A stretch of 48,154 bases of DNA from Bacilli bacterium (GTDB taxonomy: Bacteria; Bacillota_I; Bacilli_A; RF39; UBA660): NCBI GenBank assembly GCA_017887885.1, contig JAGHHB010000017.1, positions 1-48,154 on the forward strand, in the 5' to 3' direction. A program made the position numbers and the translations under genes. A model generated the notes under the pieces. That model saw only the letters and a list, made by a program, of their open reading frames with translations. It made no database searches and had not been told where the DNA came from. This document shows, piece by piece, positions 40,721 through 48,154 of this stretch. Each line of letters begins with the position of its first letter. Within the stretch, counting starts at the first letter, position 1.

Positions 40721-41251
40721 TTGAAAACGACAGGTGTTATCAGAAGAATAGATGAACTTGGAAGAATAGTTATTCCAAAAGAAATAAGAAAGAATTTGAG
40801 GATTAAAAATGGTGAGAATATCGAAATATTTTTAGATGGTGATGCAATCATTTTAAAGAAATTTTCTCAAATTGAGAGTTTAGAGAATGTATCAGTAGAT
40901 TATGTTGAAGCTTTTAATCAAATTATTCATCATAATATCATTGTTACAGATCGTGATAAAGTAATAGCGGTAGCGGGTCCTTTAAAGAAAAAGTATCTTG
41001 GTAAAGAAATTAATGAATTTACGGAAAGATCGATAGAAAGAAGAGACAGTTTTTCAGATAAACAAAAAAGAAATTTTAAAATAATTGAAGATGAAGAAGA
41101 GATGGGGTACTTTTCATTTGCGTCAATTGTCGATAATGGTGATGCCATTGGTAGTGTTATTATTATTTCAACGGATATTCCGATTACGGATATGGAAGAT
41201 AAGTTGGCAATTGTACTTTCTAAATTACTTAGTAAACAATTTATAGATTAA
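40721..41251 (+). CDS. spoVT: stage V sporulation protein T (AbrB-family regulator with C-terminal GAF-like domain)
   Basis: N-terminus MKTTGVIRRIDELGRIVIPKEIRKNLRIKNGE is near-identical in pattern to B. subtilis SpoVT. 176 aa; TTG start after GGTGA. Confidence 0.87.
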   Translation: MKTTGVIRRIDELGRIVIPKEIRKNLRIKNGENIEIFLDGDAIILKKFSQIESLENVSVDYVEAFNQIIHHNIIVTDRDKVIAVAGPLKKKYLGKEINEFTERSIERRDSFSDKQKRNFKIIEDEEEMGYFSFASIVDNGDAIGSVIIISTDIPITDMEDKLAIVLSKLLSKQFID

Positions 41252-41280
41252 TTAAAATATTAAATGATATTTGATAAAAG

Positions 41281-41309
41281 AGCATTGAGATAATCTTGAT
41301 GCTTTTTTT
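41281..41309 (+). terminator. intrinsic terminator after spoVT
   Basis: 9-bp stem AGCATTGAG / CTTGATGCT (two G-U pairs), T7 run. Confidence 0.65.
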
Positions 41310-41473
41310 GGCATATATTTTGCACAAATGTATTGAAAAATTTTTGATAATATGTTAGACTGCTTTTATAAAAGAAAAAAAGAAATTTAATGTAGTGATA
41401 GTGTTTCTTCTTGTAATTTAGACTTAAAAAAAATTATTTTATTTGGTATAAAAAACAAAGAAAGGTGATAAAG

Positions 41474-43006
41474 ATGGATAAAAAATTTTATGTTACAACG
41501 CCTATATATTATCCTAGTGCTAATTTTCATATTGGTCATTGCTATACGACGGTAATTGCTGATGCTATTGCTCGATATAAGCGTTTAATGGGTTATGATG
41601 TATTTTATTTGACAGGAGCTGATGAGCACGGCCAAAAAATTCAAAAAAAGGCTTGTGAAACAGGTATTAGTCCACAGGAATATGTTGATGAAATTGTTTC
41701 TGATGCAAAAGATTTGTGGAAAAGGTTAAATATTAGTTATGATAAATTTATTAGGACGACTGATCAGCAGCATGTAGTTTGTGTGCAGAAAATTTTTAAA
41801 AAATTGTATGATCAGGGAGACATTTATAAAGGTCAATATAAGGGGCTTTATTGTACTCCATGCGAGTCTTTTTGGACGGAAACACAATTAGTTGATGGCA
41901 GATGTCCTGACTGTGGTAGAGAAGTTATAGAAGTATCAGAAGAAGCTTATTTTTTGAGATTATCTAAATATCAAGATAAATTAATTGAATATTATAATAG
42001 TAATCCTGATTTTATTGAACCAAAATCAAGAAAAAATGAGATGCTTAATAATTTTATTAAGCCTGGATTAGAAGATCTATGTGTTTCTAGAACTAGTTTT
42101 GACTGGGGTATTCCGGTTTCTTTTGATGAAAAACATGTAGTTTATGTTTGGATTGATGCTCTTAGTAACTATCTTTCAGCATTAGGCTACTTGACGGAAG
42201 AAGATACGCTCTTTCGAAAATATTGGCCATGTGATTTGCATATTGTTGGGAAAGAAATAATGAGATTTCATACGATTGTTTGGCCTATTATTCTTATGGC
42301 TTTAAATCTTCCTCTTCCTAAAAAAGTATTTGGTCATGGGTGGCTTGTTGTTGATGGTGACAAGATATCTAAAAGTTTAGGAAATTATAAAGATCCTAGA
42401 GAATATATTGATAAATATGGTGTTGATGCAGTTCGTTATTTTATCCTTAGAGAGGTTTCTTTTGGTAGTGATGGATTGTTTTCCGAAAGTGCTTTAATTA
42501 ATAGAACTAATAGTGATCTTGCCAATATTTTAGGAAATTTAGTTAATAGGACAATAGGCATGATAAATAAATATTTTGATGGTGTAGTTGAAAATAAAGG
42601 AGTATTAGATAAAGAATTGGATAATAAATTGATCAATGAAGCTACTTCATTAAAAGATAAGGTACATGAATATATGGATAATCTTGAAATTTCTAAAGCT
42701 GTTGATACTATCTTTGAACTTCTTAGATCATGTAATAAATATATTGATGATACGATGCCTTGGATACTTGCCAAAGATGAGAATAATCATGATCGTCTTT
42801 CGACTATTTTATATAATTTATTAGAATGTATTCGAATTGCTACTGTACTGCTTAAAGCTTTTATTCCAGAGACTGCCGATAAAATTTTTCATCAAATTAA
42901 TACACAAAATACTGCTTATGATAGTATTAGCAATTTTGGTGGTTACGAATCTTATAATAAAGTTAATAAAGCGGAAGTATTATTTCAAAGAATTGAAACT
43001 AAATAA
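41474..43006 (+). CDS. metG: methionine--tRNA ligase
   Basis: HIGH-type motif (NFHIGH), KMSKS-type motif (KISKS), zinc knuckles CTPC..CPDC. Confidence 0.95.
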   Translation: MDKKFYVTTPIYYPSANFHIGHCYTTVIADAIARYKRLMGYDVFYLTGADEHGQKIQKKACETGISPQEYVDEIVSDAKDLWKRLNISYDKFIRTTDQQHVVCVQKIFKKLYDQGDIYKGQYKGLYCTPCESFWTETQLVDGRCPDCGREVIEVSEEAYFLRLSKYQDKLIEYYNSNPDFIEPKSRKNEMLNNFIKPGLEDLCVSRTSFDWGIPVSFDEKHVVYVWIDALSNYLSALGYLTEEDTLFRKYWPCDLHIVGKEIMRFHTIVWPIILMALNLPLPKKVFGHGWLVVDGDKISKSLGNYKDPREYIDKYGVDAVRYFILREVSFGSDGLFSESALINRTNSDLANILGNLVNRTIGMINKYFDGVVENKGVLDKELDNKLINEATSLKDKVHEYMDNLEISKAVDTIFELLRSCNKYIDDTMPWILAKDENNHDRLSTILYNLLECIRIATVLLKAFIPETADKIFHQINTQNTAYDSISNFGGYESYNKVNKAEVLFQRIETK

Positions 43007-43020
43007 AGTATATTATATTT

Positions 43021-43058
43021 ATCCTCCAAGTTTAGTAAACAAGGAGGATTTATTTTTT
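43021..43058 (+). terminator. intrinsic terminator after metG
   Basis: Stem ATCCTCC / GGAGGAT followed by a T-rich tail. Confidence 0.7.
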
Positions 43059-43170
43059 GTAGTTAACATTTTTCGATAATGTAAAGTTATATTTTAGCAC
43101 TTTACTATTTTAGAAAAATATGTTATAGTGGTTTCTGTAGTATTGCAGTATATTGTAAAGGAGATAGGCA

Positions 43171-43338
43171 ATGCTTAAAACTAAAAGTCAGGTGGTATTG
43201 TTCAAGATTATATCTTGTATCGTGGCAGTTTTAGTAGTAATTTTAGTTTTAATGGCTAAAAAGATTATTGATTTAGTTTATATTGGATTGATATTTATTC
43301 TGATTCTTAAATATTTGATTGGTCATAGTAAAAAATAA
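43171..43338 (+). CDS. small membrane protein (55 aa), absent from the ORF track
   Basis: RBS AAAGGAG lies 7 nt before the ATG. Translation MLKTKSQVVLFKIISCIVAVLVVILVLMAKKIIDLVYIGLIFILILKYLIGHSKK has two hydrophobic helices. Confidence 0.5.
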   Translation: MLKTKSQVVLFKIISCIVAVLVVILVLMAKKIIDLVYIGLIFILILKYLIGHSKK

Positions 43339-43382
43339 TTATACTATCTTTTGGTATGATTTTTTTGTTTAGGAGGGAAAGC

Positions 43383-44144
43383 ATGTTTATTGATAATCAT
43401 TGTCATGTTTTAGGAGAGTATTATGATAATATTGATGAAGTTATCAAAAAGTGTAAAGCGGCAAAGGTTGAGAAAATTATTGTTAGTGGAACTAATATAA
43501 AGACAAATAGAGAAGTTTTAGAATTAGTTAATAAATACGATATTGTTTATGGCACAATAGGATTTCATCCTACAGAATTAGATGATTTTACAGATACTTA
43601 TTTTGCTTGGTTGGAGGCTAATATTAATAACAAGAAAATTATTGGAATCGGTGAAATTGGTCTTGATTATCATTATGATAATACGGATAAGGAACTTCAA
43701 ATTATGGTTTTTAAAAGACAACTAGATATTGCTAAAAAGTATCATAAGTCTGTTATAATTCATAGTAGAGATTCAACTAGAGATACATATAATATATTAA
43801 AAGATTATAAATTAAGTGGTGTTATTCATTGTTTTAGTGGTTCCGTTGAAATGGCAAGAGAATTTATAAAAATTGGCTATTATATTGGTATTGGAGGTAT
43901 AATTACTTATAAAAATGCTAAAAATATAAAAGAAGTAGTAAAGGAAATTCCTCTATCATATATTTTATTGGAGACTGACTCTCCTTATTTGGCGCCTGAA
44001 CCTTATAGAGGTAAAGAAAATAATCCTTCTAATATTCCTTTAATTGCAGAAGCAATTAGTGGTATTAAAAGTGTTTCAATCACAGAAGTAGCAGCAGTTA
44101 CAACTGCTAATAGTAGGGCAGTATTTGACTTTTTTAATAAATGA
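43383..44144 (+). CDS. tatD: TatD family metal-dependent hydrolase
   Basis: DNHCH, GEIGLDYH, IHSRD, HCFSG, ETDSPYL. ATG at 43383 follows AGGAGGG. Confidence 0.9.
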   Translation: MFIDNHCHVLGEYYDNIDEVIKKCKAAKVEKIIVSGTNIKTNREVLELVNKYDIVYGTIGFHPTELDDFTDTYFAWLEANINNKKIIGIGEIGLDYHYDNTDKELQIMVFKRQLDIAKKYHKSVIIHSRDSTRDTYNILKDYKLSGVIHCFSGSVEMAREFIKIGYYIGIGGIITYKNAKNIKEVVKEIPLSYILLETDSPYLAPEPYRGKENNPSNIPLIAEAISGIKSVSITEVAAVTTANSRAVFDFFNK

Positions 44145-44186
44145 TGTTACAATTAATATGCTTAAAATATTAATGAGGTGAATGAA

Positions 44187-44879
44187 ATGAACAAAATGGC
44201 AGCTAAACTAATAACTATTTCTTCGCAAATATTAATAGTTAGTCTGTTTTTAATAGTATTATTTAGTGGCGATACTAAACAAGATAAGGTTATAATTGTT
44301 GGTAACAATAATCTTGATAAGATGGCTGATTCAGTATCATCGCTCTTTGTAGAAGAGGAAATGCTACTTAATTCGATTGATGATAGTGTTATCGATCCTT
44401 TGACAGAAGATTCTGTTGAGGAGCAAGATGAAGAGGCAGTTACTTTTGATAATTCTGAATTACCAGTACAAGAAGAAGCGGTTGTTGAAGATCCTGATGA
44501 TGTTAAAGATGTTCCGCCACAAAATGAAGTTATTTCTGTTGTCAGTGGTAGTTTAACAGGTTATGGTCCTGACTGTTATGGGTGCTCCGGGATTACTAAT
44601 AGTGGATATGATGTATCTAATACTATATACTATAATGATCCTGAATATGGTAATGTTAGAATTTTAGCCGCTGATCCGTCTTTTCCTCTATATTCAATTT
44701 TTAGAGTTAGTAATGTTCCAAATATGGAATCTTTTATTGCTATTGTTTTGGATAGAGGTGGAAATGTTGGTTTTGGAAGGGGCACACTATTTGATTTACT
44801 CTTTGCTACTGAAAAAGATCCTAATATCTTAAGTATGACAGAAAACGTAACGTTTGAGCTTTTAAGAAGTGGAAAATAA
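44187..44879 (+). CDS. 3D-domain cell-wall protein (YabE-like C-terminus) with N-terminal membrane anchor and acidic linker
   Basis: TM segment, Asp/Glu-rich linker, then a 3D-type domain (TGYGPDCYGCSG..DRGG..LFDLLF). Position after tatD as for yabE. Confidence 0.72.
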   Translation: MNKMAAKLITISSQILIVSLFLIVLFSGDTKQDKVIIVGNNNLDKMADSVSSLFVEEEMLLNSIDDSVIDPLTEDSVEEQDEEAVTFDNSELPVQEEAVVEDPDDVKDVPPQNEVISVVSGSLTGYGPDCYGCSGITNSGYDVSNTIYYNDPEYGNVRILAADPSFPLYSIFRVSNVPNMESFIAIVLDRGGNVGFGRGTLFDLLFATEKDPNILSMTENVTFELLRSGK

Positions 44880-44893
44880 CCCTTCTTTTTTTT
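44864..44893 (+). terminator. possible intrinsic terminator after the 3D-domain gene
   Basis: Stem AAGAAG / CTTCTT spanning the stop codon, then a T-run. Confidence 0.45.
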
Positions 44894-44941
44894 CGACATT
44901 TTTTTTAAATTTTGTATCATATAATTATATCGGAGATAGAA

Positions 44942-45868
44942 ATGAAGAAAATACTTATGTTGACAATATTAATGCTCTTTCTTCCTTTTTTACTAGTAAA
45001 ATTTTATCAAATTAAAGAAAAAGAGGAAATAAAAATTAATTATATTTCTAATACTATTATTAGAATAAAAAGATTATCAAGTGGAAATATAGAAAAATTA
45101 CCTCTAGAAGAATATATTGTTGGTGTTCTTGCGGGTGAAATGCCTATTTATTTTGAAAAAGAAGCCTTTAAAGCACAAGCTGTTGCCGCTAGAAGTTATG
45201 CTCTTAAACGAATAGAATATAATAAAGATAATAGCTATGATGTTGTCGATTCTGTTTTAAATCAGGTTTATTTAGATGACGAATATTTAAAAGAAGCTTG
45301 GGGTAAAGAATATACTGATAATATTAATAAATTAAGAGAAGTAGTTAATGAGACTTCAATGGAATATTTAGATTATGATGGTCAAGTAATTGATGCTTTG
45401 TTTTTTTCTACGAGTAATGGATATACTGAAAGTTCTTCATTAGTTTTTAATATTGATCTGCCTTATTTACAAAGTGTAAAATCATCGTGGGATGAAAAGA
45501 CAAGTTCTGCTTTTAGAAGTAGTATGAAGATATCTTTAAATGATTTTTATACAAAACTGGGACTAAAATATGATGATAATTTGAAAGTTAAAATTTTAAA
45601 AAGAAGTTCAACTAATAGAATTATGAGTCTTAATATTAATGGTAAAGAATTTTCTGGTAAATACTTATATGATAATCTTGGTCTTAAATCAACTGATTTT
45701 ACAATTATTCAACAAGGTGATAATGTCTTGATAGAGACAGTAGGATATGGACATGGTGTGGGAATGAGTCAATATGGTGCAGAAGGAATGGCTCAAGAAG
45801 GATATAATTATGTTGATATATTAAAATACTATTATACTGGTGCTAATATAAAAAAAAGAGAAAATTAG
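44942..45868 (+). CDS. spoIID: stage II sporulation protein D (SpoIID/LytB lytic transglycosylase)
   Basis: EEYIVGVLAGEMP, EAFKAQAVAARSYA, FFSTSNGYTE, GHGVGMSQYGA. Confidence 0.88.
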   Translation: MKKILMLTILMLFLPFLLVKFYQIKEKEEIKINYISNTIIRIKRLSSGNIEKLPLEEYIVGVLAGEMPIYFEKEAFKAQAVAARSYALKRIEYNKDNSYDVVDSVLNQVYLDDEYLKEAWGKEYTDNINKLREVVNETSMEYLDYDGQVIDALFFSTSNGYTESSSLVFNIDLPYLQSVKSSWDEKTSSAFRSSMKISLNDFYTKLGLKYDDNLKVKILKRSSTNRIMSLNINGKEFSGKYLYDNLGLKSTDFTIIQQGDNVLIETVGYGHGVGMSQYGAEGMAQEGYNYVDILKYYYTGANIKKREN

Positions 45869-45916
45869 GGTATATATTTTATAAATTCGGAAACTACTAT
45901 ACTAGAGGTGAAAATA

Positions 45917-46558
45917 ATGAATGTTAGAAGAGTTAAGCCATATGTAATTCCAGCAATTTATGGTGTATGTGTAATAGCATTTTTAGTTAGTATGTACTTT
46001 TTAGGAGGATTAGCTAATGATTTGCTTTTTTCTGATAATGACAATTTAGAATATGTCGATGGTGAAATTACTGATAATAATGATGATGATATTCCAGTAG
46101 TGAGTACATCGGTTAAAATTGTGCGCCCTTTTTTAGATGAATCTGTATCTATTGCCAAAACTTTCTACGATTATGAGGGTGAAGCACAAGATCAAGAAAA
46201 TGCAATTCTCTTTTATGAAAATACATATATTCAAAATTCTGGTGTCGATTATGCTAGTAGTAATCAATTTGATGTGATTAGCATTTTGGATGGTACAGTT
46301 ATTTCTGTTGAAGATAATGATATACTAGGAACAACAGTTGAAGTTCGTCATTCTAATGATTTAATTTCAATATATCAGAGTTTAGCGGATGTTGCTGTTA
46401 AGAAAGATGATCAAATAATTCAAGGCCAAATAATTGCAAAGAGTGGAGTTTCTAATATCAATAAAGATTTAGGAAATCATCTACATTTTGAATTATATTA
46501 TAAGGGAAAGATTGTTAATCCTGAAGAATATTATAATAAATCAGTAGATGAACTATAG
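45917..46558 (+). CDS. M23/LytM-domain membrane protein, SpoIIQ-like
   Basis: N-terminal TM segment. LytM domain with HLHFE present, but the HxxxD position reads NSGVD. Sits between spoIID and spoIIID. Confidence 0.72.
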   Translation: MNVRRVKPYVIPAIYGVCVIAFLVSMYFLGGLANDLLFSDNDNLEYVDGEITDNNDDDIPVVSTSVKIVRPFLDESVSIAKTFYDYEGEAQDQENAILFYENTYIQNSGVDYASSNQFDVISILDGTVISVEDNDILGTTVEVRHSNDLISIYQSLADVAVKKDDQIIQGQIIAKSGVSNINKDLGNHLHFELYYKGKIVNPEEYYNKSVDEL

Positions 46559-46577
46559 GCAGTAATGCCTTTTTTTA
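46557..46577 (+). terminator. intrinsic terminator after the M23 gene
   Basis: Stem AGGCA / TGCCT, loop GTAA, T7 run. Confidence 0.6.
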
Positions 46578-46626
46578 CATAATACTTTTCCTAATTAATA
46601 TAATTATTTAGGTGAGTATAGTTAAT

Positions 46627-46884
46627 ATGGATAATAAGATATATAATAGAGTGCTTGACGAAGCTAATTATATTTTACAAACAAATAAGACAATTAGAGA
46701 AGTTAGTGAAATTTTTGGAGTTTCTAAAAGTACAGTTCATAAGGATATTCGAGAAAGATTATTTATTATTGACAAAAATATGTACGATAGAGTGTCAAGT
46801 GTTTTTGATTATCACGCCTGTATTAAACATATTAGAGGCGGGGAGGCTACAAAAAGGAAATTTTTGGTAAAAAAATGTAATTAA
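46627..46884 (+). CDS. spoIIID: stage III sporulation protein D (mother-cell transcription regulator)
   Basis: FGVSKSTVHKDIRERL and DYHACIKHIRGGEATKRKF closely match B. subtilis SpoIIID. Confidence 0.9.
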   Translation: MDNKIYNRVLDEANYILQTNKTIREVSEIFGVSKSTVHKDIRERLFIIDKNMYDRVSSVFDYHACIKHIRGGEATKRKFLVKKCN

Positions 46885-46939
46885 AACTATAAAAAGTGGT
46901 TAAAATATGATAAAATGTAAATAAGGATGGTGGTCACCA

Positions 46940-47932
46940 GTGTTTAATAAAGATATCGGTATTGATTTAGGAACAGCAAATGTACTTATATATATAAAGG
47001 GACAGGGTATTGTTTTAAATGAACCATCTGTTGTTGCTATTGATGCTGAAACAAAGAAGCCTTTAGCCGTTGGAACAGAAGCACATGAGATGTTAGGAAG
47101 AACTCCCGGTAAAGTGAAAGCTATTAAGCCTATGAAAGATGGTGTAATAGCAGATTTTGAAACAACAGAAGTGATGCTTAACTATTTTATAAAGAAAGTA
47201 AATGGGAAAAGTTTTTTATCTCGACCAAGAATTTTAATTTGTTGTCCCTCTAATATTACTCAGGTTGAAAAAAATGCTATTAAGGAGGCTGCTGAAAGAA
47301 CTGGTGCTAAAAAAGTTTTTTTAGAAGAGGAACCCAAAGTTGCTTCAATTGGAGCAGGAATGGATATTTCAAAACCCAGTGGAAATATGGTTATTGATAT
47401 TGGTGGCGGAACTACTGATATTGCTATCTTGTCGTTAGGTGGGATTGTTGGCAGTTCATCAATTAGAATAGCTGGGAATGCTTTTGATAATGATATTGTT
47501 AAATATATTAAAGATAAATATAAATTGTTAGTAGGTGAGCGTACGGCTGAGGATATTAAAATTACTATTGGGACCGTCTTTCCAGGTTCACGAAGTGAAA
47601 AGATGGAGGTAAGAGGTAGAGATTTAGTTACAGGTCTTCCACATACTATTACACTTACTTCTGAAGAAGTTGAGGAGGCTTTACGCGAAAGTGTCTATAC
47701 AATTATTCATGCTGTCAAAGGAATTTTAGAACAAACACCTCCAGAATTATCGGCAGATATTATTGATAAAGGTATTGTCCTTACTGGTGGTGGTGCGATG
47801 GTAGATGGATTTTCACAAGTACTTAGTCAAGAACTTAAAGTTCCTGTGTTTATTGCTGAATCGCCTCTTACTTGTGTAGCAGAAGGTACTGGTATATTAT
47901 TGGATAATTTATACATGTTAGAAAGACAATGA
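46940..47932 (+). CDS. mreB: rod shape-determining actin homologue MreB/Mbl
   Basis: DIGIDLGTANVLIY, VIDIGGGTTDIA, LTGGGA. Position after spoIIID as for mbl in B. subtilis. Confidence 0.94.
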   Translation: MFNKDIGIDLGTANVLIYIKGQGIVLNEPSVVAIDAETKKPLAVGTEAHEMLGRTPGKVKAIKPMKDGVIADFETTEVMLNYFIKKVNGKSFLSRPRILICCPSNITQVEKNAIKEAAERTGAKKVFLEEEPKVASIGAGMDISKPSGNMVIDIGGGTTDIAILSLGGIVGSSSIRIAGNAFDNDIVKYIKDKYKLLVGERTAEDIKITIGTVFPGSRSEKMEVRGRDLVTGLPHTITLTSEEVEEALRESVYTIIHAVKGILEQTPPELSADIIDKGIVLTGGGAMVDGFSQVLSQELKVPVFIAESPLTCVAEGTGILLDNLYMLERQ

Positions 47933-47946
47933 GTTGTCTTTTTTTC
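47924..47946 (+). terminator. intrinsic terminator after mreB/mbl
   Basis: Stem AGACAA / TTGTCT with the stop codon in the loop, then a T-run. Confidence 0.7.
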
Positions 47947-48038
47947 TAATTAGTCATTTGATAAGAATATGAATTTTTGTCAAATATATTATTATATACT
48001 TATAATTTTTTTATATTAAAATTAAAAAAAGAAAGAAG

Positions 48039-48154
48039 ATGATTTTTGTGAAAATTGGGATAGCGAGTGATCATCGTGGTTATAAGGCTAAACAAATACT
48101 TAAAGATAATTTGTACAAATATGAAGTTATTGATTATGGAACGGATTCGGAGGA
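48039..48154 (+). CDS. rpiB: ribose-5-phosphate isomerase B (RpiB/LacAB family), 3' end outside the window
   Basis: Translation ..VKIGIASDHRGYKAKQILKDNL matches the RpiB N-terminal signature (IxxGSDHxG). Start is ATG 48039 or GTG 48048. Confidence 0.7.
   Translation, partial: MIFVKIGIASDHRGYKAKQILKDNLYKYEVIDYGTDSE

Noticed and set aside
41252-41473. Possible T-box riboswitch leader upstream of metG
   Set aside because: No T-box consensus (GGGTGGTACCGCG-like) and no specifier or antiterminator architecture. Only the spoVT terminator and AT-rich promoter-like sequence are present.

Overview
Strongly AT-rich chromosomal segment using the standard code (TGA is a stop, for example at the end of rsmI). 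It comes from a spore-forming Firmicute and spans the replication origin. The gene content is almost entirely housekeeping. Left of the origin lie a 5'-truncated large sigma-70 paralogue, a sufC-sufD-sufS-sufU operon with no sufB in the window, polC, polA, mutM, an orphan ORF, tmcAL (-), a processive GT2 synthase, an LtaS-family enzyme (-) and an orphan HerA/FtsK-type ATPase. The origin core is dnaA and dnaN flanked by two clusters of DnaA boxes. It is followed by a ComK-family gene (in the slot B. subtilis uses for yaaA), recF, gyrB and gyrA. Next comes an intergenic region holding a minimal SRP RNA and three tandem repeats. After it come tadA, dnaX, ybaB, recR, bofA-like, holB, ricT, a YabB-type methyltransferase, rsmI, pth, mfd, spoVT, metG, a small membrane ORF, tatD, a 3D-domain protein, spoIID, a SpoIIQ-like M23 protein, spoIIID, mreB/mbl and the start of rpiB. 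I found no defence island, prophage, IS element, CRISPR array, tRNA or rRNA. The most interesting signals are non-coding and concern chromosome organisation. (1) A 24-28 bp palindrome, AAATTATTTCCCGGGAAATAATTT, occurs four times in about 19 kb, twice inside coding sequence; its core equals the B. subtilis Noc-binding site. (2) An array of three ~81 bp tandem repeats each carries a parS-type ParB site. (3) oriC is bipartite and built from the variant box TTATCAACA. (4) Gene orientation is atypical and an orphan HerA-like ATPase sits immediately left of oriC. Product calls rest on motifs recognised by eye, and no database search was possible.
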